Virus record (IMG/VR): IMGVR_UViG_3300017912_002752
Reading direction: 5' to 3' (one strand)
DNA length: 64,000 nucleotides
Source of the DNA: a virus
Lineage: Duplodnaviria > Caudoviricetes
The notes beneath the pieces are model-generated. The model ran no database searches. It saw only the letters and a list, made by a program, of their open reading frames with translations, and had not been told where the DNA came from. Shown one piece after another: positions 10,604-21,900 of the stretch. Within the stretch, counting starts at the first letter, position 1. Each line of letters begins with the position of its first letter. The position numbers and the translations under genes are program-made.

Positions 10604-13600
10604 CTATAAATATGAAACTTTTGAGAACCCTCTAACTTTACTGATATCTATTATTTGGTCTACCATATCCCTTGTTTTGTCAATATGTGATATCGTGACA
10701 ATAAAATCAAATTGTGTCTTAAGGTAATCAAATAATAAATATAGAGAATTAAAGTTATCAGTATCAAGTGAACCAAATCCTTCGTCAATGGCTATGAAGT
10801 TTGGTCTTGGTAAATTTGATACATTTATTAATGCGGTTCTAATCGCTATTGATGATATAAATTTTTCCATACCACTTGTTAGTTCAAGAGGCCAATATTC
10901 ATCCGTTCCATATGCAATATAAGAATTTATATTTTTTCCATCAGTATTTAATAATACTTGAAAATCTACTATTGGTGATAGTATGTTATTTATTTCTATT
11001 TCTAATTTAGGAAGTACTTCAGATATTAGTTGATATGGAATTCCATCTCGTCTAACACATTTTAGATAATACTCATATCCATCGTACTTAATTTCCATAT
11101 CACGAAGTTTTTCTATCGACTCGTTAACTTGTTGTATTGATTTTTCTGCTAATTTAATATCAGAATTAATCGACATAATCTCTTCATTAACCTCGGATAT
11201 TTTGTCTTTAAAAGTTTCTCGTGTGTCTTTAAAAGAATTTATCTTTTCATTCACTAGCTTGTTGTGCTCAACGGCTTGTTGTTGCTCATCTGCTTTTTTG
11301 ATTAATTCGTTTAAAGATTTAATTTCTGATTTGTATCTATCTACTAACTTAACACAATCATCATAAACTTTACTTGCCTCTAACCACTCTTTGTCTAATA
11401 CACGAGATTCATCTGTTAATGTTTCGTAATCTTGTAAATCGTTTTTAACATCATACTGAACTCTATCGTCTAATACTTTAATCTTTTCTTTGATTAACTT
11501 TTCAAACTTAGTATTCTGTGTCTTGATGTCTTTTTGTAGTTGTTCTGTTTGTTTTACGATTGGGGTGTTTTTGTTTTGTGTACAATGTTCACAATCATCG
11601 TCAAAGGTTAACTGACCTATCCCATCTAAGTGAGACCTCATATGTTTTAAGTCTAATTCAATAGTTTTCGTTTCTTGCTCTAACTTATTGTATTTTTTGT
11701 CTAACCTTTCGTACTTTGTATTTTTCTTCTTAAGTTCTTTGATATCTAACTTAGATAACTTAGATTCAATATCTTTTTGCTTTGCTTCAATATCATTGAT
11801 TTGTAATTTGTTAAAATCACATTCTGAGTTTTGATTATCTAAAAGAATCTGAACTTCATTTAATTTGGATTCTAAGGTTTCTTTATCGCCGATATCCTCA
11901 ACAGGTTTTAACAATCTCATTTCGAACTCCATTTTCATGTTAGTATTATCTAACTTTAATTCAAGTTCATCTTTTCTTTCTTGTAGTTCATCTAAAGAAC
12001 CTGTGATTGATGTTAGGGATTGTTCTGCTTCAATCAATTGACTTGGAAAGTCTTCCTTTTTATATTCTCTAAGTAATGTGTTTAATTCTCTAATCTCTTC
12101 ACTTGCTATCGCCCATAAATCTTCGAATATATCCATATCTAAAAATTGTGCTAATAGTTCTTTTCTTTCCTTTTGAGATTTTTCTATAAACCCACTACTA
12201 TTAGATTGTGTTGACATCGCAGTTAAAACAAAATCTTCATATGTTCCAATATACTCACGAATGATTGCATTGGTCTCTCTTCGTTGTTCACCATTCAGAG
12301 ATTCTTTTTGACCATCAATCATACGATAAAAATCAACATCTACTTTTACTGTTCCTCTTTTTGGACTCTTCTTTGCTTTTCTTTCTATAAAGTAAGCAAT
12401 ATTGTTTAACTCAAATTCAAACTTACAATCAAAGTTCATTTTAGAATAATTCAATACATCTTCTGCTCTGATTGTTCTTGAACATTTATCAAACATACAA
12501 AATGATAATGCATCCCATAATGTTGATTTACCACTTGCGTTTGGTGCAAAGATTCCATATGCACCTTTCATGTTTGTAAAATCAATTACATTATTAGTTC
12601 CATAGGAAAACATATTAGAAAACTCAAATCGTTTTGGAATCCATGTTGAGTTTGATACAATATTATGTTTACCAAGTTTATCATTTATGTCGTTGTTTAT
12701 ACTTGTAACGACTTCAAGTTGTTCTTTTGTAAGATGGTCAGTTTCTTCTAAATACTCTTGAATAAGTTTGTTCTGAAATCCTGTGTCTCTTACATTTTGT
12801 AAAACAATTGATTGATGTTCTACATCTCTTTTACGAGTTAAAACTTTTTGTACAGTAAACTCTTGTACATCTTTACCTTTTTTAATCTGTGCGATTAGTT
12901 TGTTTAGTTGAGATGTTTTCGTATCTTTTACTCGTACCCTTATTCTTGGTTTTTTTGGAATGTGGTTGTCAGAAACTATTTTACCATTTTCAATATCAAT
13001 GGTTACATACCCATAATCGTTGTGAATCGGAACGAACTCACTTGTAAGTTTTTCCATATCCCAAACTAAAATACCATGGATAGGATATTTAGCCTCACCA
13101 TGATTTTGAACTATCAATGAGCCAGGATATTTTATGTGTGATTTACCCATCACCTCATTATTTGGTTTATGGATATCACCTAATAAAACTAAATCAAAGT
13201 CTTCAAAGTGAGATACTTTTACATTTTGATTCTGTATTACAAACCCATGCTCTGTTTCGATATTATCTACTGGTCCGTGAAATATACCAATTCTACCATT
13301 GTTTTGTTTAAAACTTTTTGCAGGTGGAAATCCTTCTGATTTGTCCCAAATTGATTTATGTATAAATGTATATCCACCAATACCATAACCGCCTGTATCT
13401 TTTAGGTAATACAAATTTTTATGGTCTAATGCTGATATGATAGGACTAAGTGCGTCAAGTCTTGATGTGTTATTTAGGTTTGCGTCATGATTACCTGGTA
13501 TAACAATCGTTGGTAGTAAGTCTGCTAACTTACAGAAAAACTCTTGTGTTAAATCTACAACCTCAGGTGACATATCTGTTTTTGCGTGAACAATATCACC

Positions 13601-13774
13601 TGCAATATAGATGATGTCATTTTCCCTCATTGTAGCAAGAATATATCCGTAAAGTTGGGAAAATACTTCACGATACTCTTTGTGTCTTTTTAAGTTTCTG
13701 ATGTGGACATCTGCTATGTGATAGATTTTACCAATCTTTTCTACACCGATGTCAATGTATTTTATTTTTCTCAT
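10604..13774 (-). CDS. Fused Mre11/SbcD nuclease - Rad50/SbcC SMC ATPase (T4 gp47-gp46-like)
   Basis: N-terminal metallophosphoesterase motifs DVH, GDIVH, GNHD, GDIH; Walker A APNASGKST; coiled coil with CEHC hook; signature LTSGME; Walker B FIAIDEGFGSLD; ISH. Confidence 0.92.
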   Translation of the reverse strand: MRKIKYIDIGVEKIGKIYHIADVHIRNLKRHKEYREVFSQLYGYILATMRENDIIYIAGDIVHAKTDMSPEVVDLTQEFFCKLADLLPTIVIPGNHDANLNNTSRLDALSPIISALDHKNLYYLKDTGGYGIGGYTFIHKSIWDKSEGFPPAKSFKQNNGRIGIFHGPVDNIETEHGFVIQNQNVKVSHFEDFDLVLLGDIHKPNNEVMGKSHIKYPGSLIVQNHGEAKYPIHGILVWDMEKLTSEFVPIHNDYGYVTIDIENGKIVSDNHIPKKPRIRVRVKDTKTSQLNKLIAQIKKGKDVQEFTVQKVLTRKRDVEHQSIVLQNVRDTGFQNKLIQEYLEETDHLTKEQLEVVTSINNDINDKLGKHNIVSNSTWIPKRFEFSNMFSYGTNNVIDFTNMKGAYGIFAPNASGKSTLWDALSFCMFDKCSRTIRAEDVLNYSKMNFDCKFEFELNNIAYFIERKAKKSPKRGTVKVDVDFYRMIDGQKESLNGEQRRETNAIIREYIGTYEDFVLTAMSTQSNSSGFIEKSQKERKELLAQFLDMDIFEDLWAIASEEIRELNTLLREYKKEDFPSQLIEAEQSLTSITGSLDELQERKDELELKLDNTNMKMEFEMRLLKPVEDIGDKETLESKLNEVQILLDNQNSECDFNKLQINDIEAKQKDIESKLSKLDIKELKKKNTKYERLDKKYNKLEQETKTIELDLKHMRSHLDGIGQLTFDDDCEHCTQNKNTPIVKQTEQLQKDIKTQNTKFEKLIKEKIKVLDDRVQYDVKNDLQDYETLTDESRVLDKEWLEASKVYDDCVKLVDRYKSEIKSLNELIKKADEQQQAVEHNKLVNEKINSFKDTRETFKDKISEVNEEIMSINSDIKLAEKSIQQVNESIEKLRDMEIKYDGYEYYLKCVRRDGIPYQLISEVLPKLEIEINNILSPIVDFQVLLNTDGKNINSYIAYGTDEYWPLELTSGMEKFISSIAIRTALINVSNLPRPNFIAIDEGFGSLDTDNFNSLYLLFDYLKTQFDFIVTISHIDKTRDMVDQIIDISKVRGFSKVSYL

Positions 13775-14706
13775 ACACTAAACAACTGATACTCCATCAA
13801 CTTTCTTAAATCAAGTGGTGGTGTATCATATATTTTTTGGTTTATGTCGTCATATCCCATCTCAGATGGGTCTTTCTCACCTAAATCAACTAAATGCGTA
13901 TCTATTCCATAGGACATAAACTTTTTAGATAGTCCTATTGCATTAGATATAGCATCCGAATCTAAACAAATATACAACTTTTTTACTTTATTTGCAACTA
14001 TTTTTTTCTCTAATTCAGATTGTATTGATTTTCCGAATAATGGTATAGCATTTCTACGAATTGCAATTGCGTCAAATGCACCTTCACATAAAATCAAAGG
14101 AATATCCCAATTTATTAATAGGTCAAACCCTACAATGTTTTTAGATACTTTTGGATTTTTATGTTTAAACTTACTTTGATAAAATGACCTACCTACAAAA
14201 AAGTTAAGTCTGCCTCGGTCATCATATGATGGAATTATAATTTTATCTTCATATTCACCCTCTTCACAATATCCTATATTATATTTAACAATATCTTCTG
14301 GCCTTACGCCTCGTTTCAACAAATAATTTAATGCGTGTTTGTACTTAAATGATTTACTTGGTTTGTATAGTGGTTTAAATTCTTTTGGAAGTTCTACTAC
14401 TTCTGTAACACTATCATTCTGATATTCTGTATTGTATCTGTTTATTCTACTGAATATGGAATTGTACTCATCCCAAGTTTGTTTTGATACACGAAGTTTC
14501 TTGAAAAGAGTTTTGATTGTTCTACCCTTTTCATCCGATATCCAACAATGCCATGGATTCCTACCATCAGAAGTAATCTTAATATTTACTTCTAACTTAG
14601 GTTTGTAATGGTCTACAAATGGTGAATAAAACGCATAATTATCACCAGATGTTCTCTTGGATTTACCAAGAACAGACTCTAATAATTCAAGTAATCTATC
14701 TTCCAT
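13771..14706 (-). CDS. DNA primase (DnaG-type TOPRIM)
   Basis: YLLKRG, IIIPSYD..FFVGR, K.KNP, CEGAFDA, LDSDA, KDPSE motifs. Confidence 0.88.
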   Translation of the reverse strand: MEDRLLELLESVLGKSKRTSGDNYAFYSPFVDHYKPKLEVNIKITSDGRNPWHCWISDEKGRTIKTLFKKLRVSKQTWDEYNSIFSRINRYNTEYQNDSVTEVVELPKEFKPLYKPSKSFKYKHALNYLLKRGVRPEDIVKYNIGYCEEGEYEDKIIIPSYDDRGRLNFFVGRSFYQSKFKHKNPKVSKNIVGFDLLINWDIPLILCEGAFDAIAIRRNAIPLFGKSIQSELEKKIVANKVKKLYICLDSDAISNAIGLSKKFMSYGIDTHLVDLGEKDPSEMGYDDINQKIYDTPPLDLRKLMEYQLFSV

Positions 14707-14735
14707 TCAATACAAAATTAAGTAAATATACAAAA

Positions 14736-15170
14736 TTATTTTGAGAAATCAAAGAAATTTTCTTTTTGTTTTTCTTCAATCCATTCTTGAGGTATTTCTT
14801 TCTTTGCCCATTTGAATCCGTTCTTTTCACACCACTCTGCATAAGTCGTTTTAGAACCTTTGTATATTTTACCATTTGGGGATTGTAATACAAACCTTAA
14901 ATCCATTTGAGGATTTTGCTCTTTAATCAACAAATGTTTTTTTCTATCTTCAGGTAAAAACCACCCTTTTGATTCTATAAAAATACCATTTGGTAACTTA
15001 AAGTCGGGTTTGTATGTATGATGTGTTGCTGGTATTGTGTATGATACTTCGTGTTGTTCATACTCACCATCGATACCTTGAGCTTTTAATTGTTCATCAA
15101 TTCGTGTCTCAAGGCCGGACTTGTGTCCTTTCATTTTTTGGATGTGACTCCAATTGCCTTTTTTATTCAT
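14736..15170 (-). CDS. Holliday junction resolvase, T7 endonuclease I family
   Basis: SGLE, YKPDF.LPNGIFIESKG, DRKKHLLIKEQNP, KIYKGSKTTYAEWC..NGF, IPQEW. Confidence 0.92.
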   Translation of the reverse strand: MNKKGNWSHIQKMKGHKSGLETRIDEQLKAQGIDGEYEQHEVSYTIPATHHTYKPDFKLPNGIFIESKGWFLPEDRKKHLLIKEQNPQMDLRFVLQSPNGKIYKGSKTTYAEWCEKNGFKWAKKEIPQEWIEEKQKENFFDFSK

Positions 15171-15172
15171 AA

Positions 15173-16885
15173 CTATTCTATGTCTAATCTAACATCGATT
15201 GTAACATCGACATCTTGTCGTTTTTTTAGAGGTGCGCCTAATTTTCCAATTGCTAATAAATCACCAGTATCATTGTATAATCCGATTGATGTGATATATG
15301 GTCTAAAATCTGAACTTGTTACAAAGTTTCTTAACTCATTTGAGTACTCACCATCACCTTTTCTCAATGTATTATTTGTTGATACATTAAACTCACCCCT
15401 ACCAATCTCACATAAATAAGATTGTTGTCTTATATCTTTTGTTGATTTATATTTAAACTCAAATCCCTTATTTGCGTAATTAAAATTACCACTACCTAAA
15501 AATGCGTTTTGATATTTTGGCCGTGGGTCTGTTACTACTATTAATCCTTTTTCATAATAAACATATCCTACATTTCTTGTTTGATATGCAGAACCACTAA
15601 TTACATGATTGTTTGATAAAGAAGATACATGGCTAGGTGTTAGGTGTCTGTTGTAGATTCTTATCTCATCGATAGAACCACTTGTTCCTGTACTTGCCGT
15701 AGCGTTATCACACATTATATTGATATCTGACTCGTTTTGGAAATATAACCTTGTATTTGTTCTTAGATTTCCTTGACTTACACCATCTATATAAAAGTCA
15801 AACTTTTGAGCTGCTGCGTTAGATGAGTTATTATGGGTTACTATAATATTATGCCATTGATTATCATTATACTTTGTAGATGAACTTATAGTCATTTGAG
15901 CTATTTTATCTCTTCTTCCATCATTATATTCAAAAACAATTTGTCCATTCTTTGCACCAGCTAATTGATTATGTACACTAATGTCAAATGGATATTGACC
16001 ATCTGTTTGTCTTGTTAATTGAGATGTTCCTGATAAGTAACTATATGGGTCTCTTTTTTGGTCTCTTTTTCTTATTAAACTATTTCTTGAACTATCTGTA
16101 TATGATTGACTTGGTGGTAGTTTTACCCATAACGAAATACCAAAATCATTTTCTGGTGTAAAGAAATTATAGTTGTTACTACCTACGCTTGTATATATGT
16201 AAGAATCTTCAGTAGTGGTTACTCCGTATCCACTTGCACTAACTTCGCCTGTTGTTGTTATACCTTTAACTATTCTTGCTTTTGATATATGAACATTATT
16301 TCTTTTTGGACTTTCTTCAACTTGTCTTTTATAAAATTTATTGGCCACCCCATCTTGAAATCCTAAATAGAATTGTAAATTTTCTTTGGGTACAAAGTTA
16401 GTATTATCTATTATACTATCATATACATATCCACATTCGGATGTATGTTTTGATTCACTTAAAAATAATGAAGCGGAGCCAGCTAACTTAGAATGGTCAG
16501 TAATTACTACTGAACCTGGCTTAATTCCTAATCCAAATTTATTTTGTGGTATAGATATTATTGATGCAGTTGGATGTAATAAGTGTCCACCATGTCCACC
16601 TTTAAAACAACTCTGGTCAATTGTACTCCATATAATTTTTTGAGGAATCTTGTTTAATTCTTTAGTTGTTGCGCCTGAACCTGTTAAGATTGTGTTGTCA
16701 TACTCAACTCCTTGATGTTTGGATTGAGATACTTCTACATGAACTCCGTTTGGCGATATTCCTCTGAATATAGATATTTCAAATGAGGACGAATAGTTAG
16801 TATCCGTTACCTCATATGATTTATATGCAGTATAGGGATAATCTGTAATCCCTTGATTGAATATCCTTTTTAACGCTTGTGCCAT
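15173..16885 (-). CDS. Virion structural protein with LamG/ConA-like domain and tail-collar-like C-terminus
   Basis: ISLWVK, NDNQWHNIIVT, FYIDGV, GSIDEIRIYNR; C-terminal YITSIGLYN..GDLLAIGKL. Confidence 0.7.
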   Translation of the reverse strand: MAQALKRIFNQGITDYPYTAYKSYEVTDTNYSSSFEISIFRGISPNGVHVEVSQSKHQGVEYDNTILTGSGATTKELNKIPQKIIWSTIDQSCFKGGHGGHLLHPTASIISIPQNKFGLGIKPGSVVITDHSKLAGSASLFLSESKHTSECGYVYDSIIDNTNFVPKENLQFYLGFQDGVANKFYKRQVEESPKRNNVHISKARIVKGITTTGEVSASGYGVTTTEDSYIYTSVGSNNYNFFTPENDFGISLWVKLPPSQSYTDSSRNSLIRKRDQKRDPYSYLSGTSQLTRQTDGQYPFDISVHNQLAGAKNGQIVFEYNDGRRDKIAQMTISSSTKYNDNQWHNIIVTHNNSSNAAAQKFDFYIDGVSQGNLRTNTRLYFQNESDINIMCDNATASTGTSGSIDEIRIYNRHLTPSHVSSLSNNHVISGSAYQTRNVGYVYYEKGLIVVTDPRPKYQNAFLGSGNFNYANKGFEFKYKSTKDIRQQSYLCEIGRGEFNVSTNNTLRKGDGEYSNELRNFVTSSDFRPYITSIGLYNDTGDLLAIGKLGAPLKKRQDVDVTIDVRLDIE

Positions 16886-16896
16886 ACATCTTCATT

Positions 16897-18219
16897 TTAG
16901 AAATCTAATTTTACCTTAACTAATATTTCGTTAGAGAAAGATTTCAATATAGGTTTAGAAAGTTTAGCAATCGCCAATAATTCATTATCGTTATTGTACA
17001 GACCAACACTTGTAATATAAGTTTTTGGGTCACCGATAAATGTAGTTTGTCCTATCTTTCCTTCTGAACCTGAAACATATGTTGGATTATTACTAAAGTT
17101 ATATTCTGAGTTTTTAGCTCTAACAAAATAGAATGTTGACTTTATCTCTTCTTCATTTCTAGCTTGGAATCCATTTGATGAACCTAAATTAGCTGCAGCT
17201 CCACTAATTGCCGTAAACAATCTATTGTGGTTTTGATTATCTGCTTGAGTTCTCAATGTACCTAATGATGCGGAAGTATCAAGGAGTGCTGCTCCTAATA
17301 CTATAATACCATGTTGTGGATAAACTTCACCAAATATTCTAGTTGAATTTTGAACACCATTTAGTAGAGAACCACTTACAACATTATATTTAGTTTGTCT
17401 TGAGTTGCCTGATTGGTCTCTATCACCACTATCATCAATTAGTCTTAACATTGAATTACCACCAGAACCTGAAAGACATAATTCCCAATTTCCTGGGTCA
17501 AGTCTATCTTTTAATCTAGCTCTGTTTATTGCAATTGCGTAAACATCATCTTGGTTAGTATCATTCCATCTAAAGAATTTTTGATTTGATGGTAATAATA
17601 CTTGTTGTAATTGTGAGTATATCGCTGAAGATGGTGAATCTTCATTTGTTCCTGCAGAACCACTACCTGCATAGTGTCCGTATGCTATTGAGAATTGAGG
17701 TTCATTTGTAGATACACTTGGAAGTCCATTGTATATCTCATAGTAATATGCTTTTTGAGTATTTGATTGAAAAGACGAAGTATGAAATACTGTTAACTCA
17801 CCACTATTACCACTCCATAATCCTCTTGTTATTCTTTTAGTACCACCTTCTACTACATCTTCATTTGTAAATGCAGTATAAACTTTTCCACTACCAAAAT
17901 CATATGCGCCTGCTCCAATTATTGGAGTGTTGTCTGTATTGTTGTCACCTGCCGTAATATCACCTACGCTTGTGTTTCCACTTCCAACATTAGTGATTGA
18001 TATACCACTACCACCGCCAGTATTACCACCACCACCTGAAAGTAAAACTTGTCCACCGCTATTTAAACCACCAGAACCACCACCATTGATTCCTATGTAG
18101 TCTCCGAATAGACCACCACCATTTGGTCCGCCACCATAGCCACCATAATATGAGTCGCCATAAAGTGAGTCGTAACCACCGATACCACCGCCAAATCCAC
18201 TTCTGTTAAATATTGCCAT
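16897..18219 (-). CDS. Baseplate/tail structural protein, Gly-rich N-terminus
   Basis: C-terminal TYITSVGLYNNDNELLAIAKLSKPI paralogous to the neighbouring gene; structural cluster. Confidence 0.65.
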   Translation of the reverse strand: MAIFNRSGFGGGIGGYDSLYGDSYYGGYGGGPNGGGLFGDYIGINGGGSGGLNSGGQVLLSGGGGNTGGGSGISITNVGSGNTSVGDITAGDNNTDNTPIIGAGAYDFGSGKVYTAFTNEDVVEGGTKRITRGLWSGNSGELTVFHTSSFQSNTQKAYYYEIYNGLPSVSTNEPQFSIAYGHYAGSGSAGTNEDSPSSAIYSQLQQVLLPSNQKFFRWNDTNQDDVYAIAINRARLKDRLDPGNWELCLSGSGGNSMLRLIDDSGDRDQSGNSRQTKYNVVSGSLLNGVQNSTRIFGEVYPQHGIIVLGAALLDTSASLGTLRTQADNQNHNRLFTAISGAAANLGSSNGFQARNEEEIKSTFYFVRAKNSEYNFSNNPTYVSGSEGKIGQTTFIGDPKTYITSVGLYNNDNELLAIAKLSKPILKSFSNEILVKVKLDF

Positions 18220-18232
18220 AGTTTACTCTCCT

Positions 18233-18877
18233 TTATGCGTTAGATACTACCTTTGGTCTAACCGTAACATCTATCTCAGTTCTACCACCTGTCTCATTAC
18301 CTATGATAATGATTCTTGTAGTAGTTACTTGATTCACAGGTAAACTGGTAGTAGGTTGGAATTGGAATGCCGTTCCCGTTACCGATTGTGCTTTTCCTGT
18401 TGCGTATGAATTCATGTTTACAATTGCAGTTTGTTTTCCTGGTACTGCACCTAAACCTGCTATCTGTCCTACATCACTATTAAGTAGAACTGCGGTATAT
18501 CCTAAGTTTTCATTACCACCATTCTTTGTAGTTACTGTTATAGGTACTAATACAGATTCTTCCGTAGTTATGATACTTGTCGTTGAAGCTTCGATAAATG
18601 GTAACTTAACAGTACTTTTTGGTAATGATAATAATTTATATTTCATTAGATAGTTTTCATCTGTTATAGCCTCTAATACAGGCATATTTTCTATAACGAT
18701 ACCATAGTAGTCACTACCTAATGAGTGTGCCGGATTCCAAAGGTCATAATCAACCTCATCGTCAGCCAATGCGAATTGTGTTATTAAAAATTTGTCTCTG
18801 CCTTCAGCTAACAACTCTCTACCTCTTTTGGTAAGGATTGCGTCTACCGTTACAGATGAGTTATCTAAAAATCCCAT
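18233..18877 (-). CDS. Baseplate/tail-collar-like structural protein
   Basis: VDAILTKRGRELLA..ITQFALADDEVDY motif typical of phage tail-collar N-termini. Confidence 0.6.
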   Translation of the reverse strand: MGFLDNSSVTVDAILTKRGRELLAEGRDKFLITQFALADDEVDYDLWNPAHSLGSDYYGIVIENMPVLEAITDENYLMKYKLLSLPKSTVKLPFIEASTTSIITTEESVLVPITVTTKNGGNENLGYTAVLLNSDVGQIAGLGAVPGKQTAIVNMNSYATGKAQSVTGTAFQFQPTTSLPVNQVTTTRIIIIGNETGGRTEIDVTVRPKVVSNA

Positions 18878-18948
18878 AGTTGTTTCCTCTTTTACTTATA
18901 TAAATATAGTTTTTTTTATTTTTAAATCATTTTTTTAAATAAACCTAA

Positions 18949-21900
18949 TTATCCTCCTGGAAATCGTGGTTTACTTTCTCTAACATTTCTTTGTATAGGA
19001 TTATCATTACTTGAAAACGGATTGAACACTCCACCAGCTGATGGTGCTCTTTGTTGTCTTCTTTGTGTTAATCCAATCTGTCTATTTAGTGCGTTTGAAT
19101 CTACTCTAACTGCACTCGCTCTACCAATTTGGTCTGGAACTAAAATAATAGGTTTTGAAACTACTGGTCTAGCCACAGGCCTTGGTGGTGAAAGAGTTGG
19201 TGATGATGGTCCTAAAGTAACTGTTGGTACGATAGGCGGTCCTATTGGAATTGGTCTAAATATTATTCCTGCATCTTGAACCATGTCACCTTTTCCAGTA
19301 TTTTGTTCTTGTGCCGTCTCATATGGTTTTGTTACCATGACTAAATCTAAAATATCATTAACTATAACTGGTTTTGTTATTCCGCCTGACACTTCGTCTG
19401 AGGATTCTAACCCATCTGTATTGTTTACTAATATATCAGGGTCAACACTTGTTATTTGTACAACAGGCGTGTTATCTGGTGTGTCTGGTGACTTTGTTGT
19501 TAATGAATCACTTGTTATTCTACACCCTTTAAAAAATAAATTTTCTAAACCACCAGTTAGTCTGTCGTCCTGAATTCTTGCGTAATGGAATGATGCAGAA
19601 TTTGCGAATGTAATTCCAAGAGATGCACTAACAGAGTTAGAATAAAAATACTTAGGTTCTAATGCGCTCAATGAAAGTCTTGCGTCTAATACAGTAGAAC
19701 CAGTTGGTGAATATTCCCAATATGGATTTGTATCTGTAAAGTAATCGCCTGAAGAACTGAATCTTAAAATGTTCGTGTATTTGTAAACAGACGGATTAAA
19801 TGGATTTTGTGGAATACTACTTGTATAAGTCAAGTATGAACCTGTTACAGAACTTACTACTGAAATACCATTAGAACTAAACTGATGTTGAGTAAAGTCT
19901 ATATTATCTGGTGTCTTGTAATTATTTCTTTCAAAAACATGAGGTTCAATTAATATCCCTTTATGCCAATCTGCTCTTGCAGGTACGAGTTGTTTCATTG
20001 TATCAAAAACAGACATATCGTATCTTGACAACATCCCTATTAAAATATTCAATGCAGTACCTCTATTGTACTTTTGGAAATAGTTTCTTGCTCTAAAGTC
20101 TAATAAATCATATCCGTCAATATTTCTAACATCGGTATCACCAATTAAGTCGTCTACACTAAAGTATCCCTCAGATGCGTAAATATCAAAATTAACTGTA
20201 TCTGTTGTAGAGAAATAAGTTCCTAATAAATTGGAGTCAAGTGGCGCTTGGTCGTATTGACTAAGTTCATTTGACTTATCAAATTGTAACGGACCTTGTA
20301 GTGATGAGGATTCTATTCTAACTTTATTGTTACTCAGATTCAATGCGCCTACTGATGGGATTGTTACATATTGAGTATCAACTTCACCAGACAAATGTTG
20401 TGGGTGTCCGTGTTGGAATGATGCTGATAAAATAAATCCTCTATCAGATGATGTAAACTCTTGATTAGGATGTATAGATGATATTGAACCACTAACATTG
20501 TTAAATGTACTATCAGGGAATATTCTATAAAGAACATTTTCAAATGAAGTGTCAATGTCTAAGTCTGTCGTATTATCGTCAGAATAATATGCCTCTCTAT
20601 TCTTTGCGTGTCCATCTATTACCTCGCCTGAAAGTTTTTTCTTGTAGTATCTTATTTCTTGAATACTTGCGGTTGAGGTGTTTGTAACTCCACTAAGATT
20701 TGTACCTGTAAATGGTGACATGAATTTGTTTTCATCACTTGACCCACTTGAATTCCAAATGTAGTTCCAATTGTTATCAGTAGTAGATGCAGTTGCGTGA
20801 TGTAATATTTCACCAAAGTCATCTACAAATGCAGCATCTAAGGTGTATCCACCTGATGCGGATGAGAACCCAATAACAACATCTCTTTGATTTCTATATG
20901 GAAAATATGACGAGCTAATTTGTATTACAGGACTACCACCTTTTAATCTCAATCTAGCTTGTCTTGTAACATTATTCCAATCCCAATGTAAGTCAATCTG
21001 ACCACCATCTTTTTGATTTAACCTAAATATAGTATGGTCATCTTTTGGTAACTTACCAACATATTCGATAGTCTTTGGTCTAAATCCGTTAATTGTATCC
21101 CATATATGTGACCCTCGGTTTTTACCATCTAATTGTAATTTATAAACATATCTTTCATGTTCATATATGTTTTTATCTTCAATTACTCGTGGACCACCAT
21201 ACTCTCGTATCTTCAAGAATGAACTTGGAATACCATATGAAGATATCAATGTCTTAAATGACCTTGCAGTACCTTTAGTCTTGTAAATACCTGGCAAGTT
21301 GTTTACCAATCGTCTCCAAGTCTCTTGGACAATTTCCTTAGTTGGTTTAGAATATAATGAACCTGATTGTATTGGATTACCCGATTGATTAATTCCAAAC
21401 TCGTATTGCCACAATCCAACATCAGAATATCCGTTAAATAGTTTCCAACCAAATGATTCTGCGATTATATCAATTAGGTCGTTGGATAATCCATCTTTAG
21501 GGTGTTCTTCTCTAACATTAATATCTGTTAAAGATTTAATGTAGTTCCAAGATATGTCAAAGTGTTGACCTAACATATCTACAAATATTTTGTATTCAGC
21601 ATTTAACTCATCATCGGCCAGATTTACAGGAATAATATCACTTAATGTGTTTGGGTTTTGTGCATCATATAAAGATGCGCTTGCCAATGTTGCAGTCTTC
21701 CAATTTAAACCTTGACTTGATGTACTATGATATAAAACATCGGGGTTTCTATTTGATTTTGGATATGGGTTAATTGTAAAATCAGATGATGAATAGTGTG
21801 AGTAAATCTGAGCGTCATGATTGTAGTATAACCAATATTCAAAGTCGTCAAACCCACCAATTAAATTATCTCTTCTTCTTGCAGATGAGGTTATATTTGT

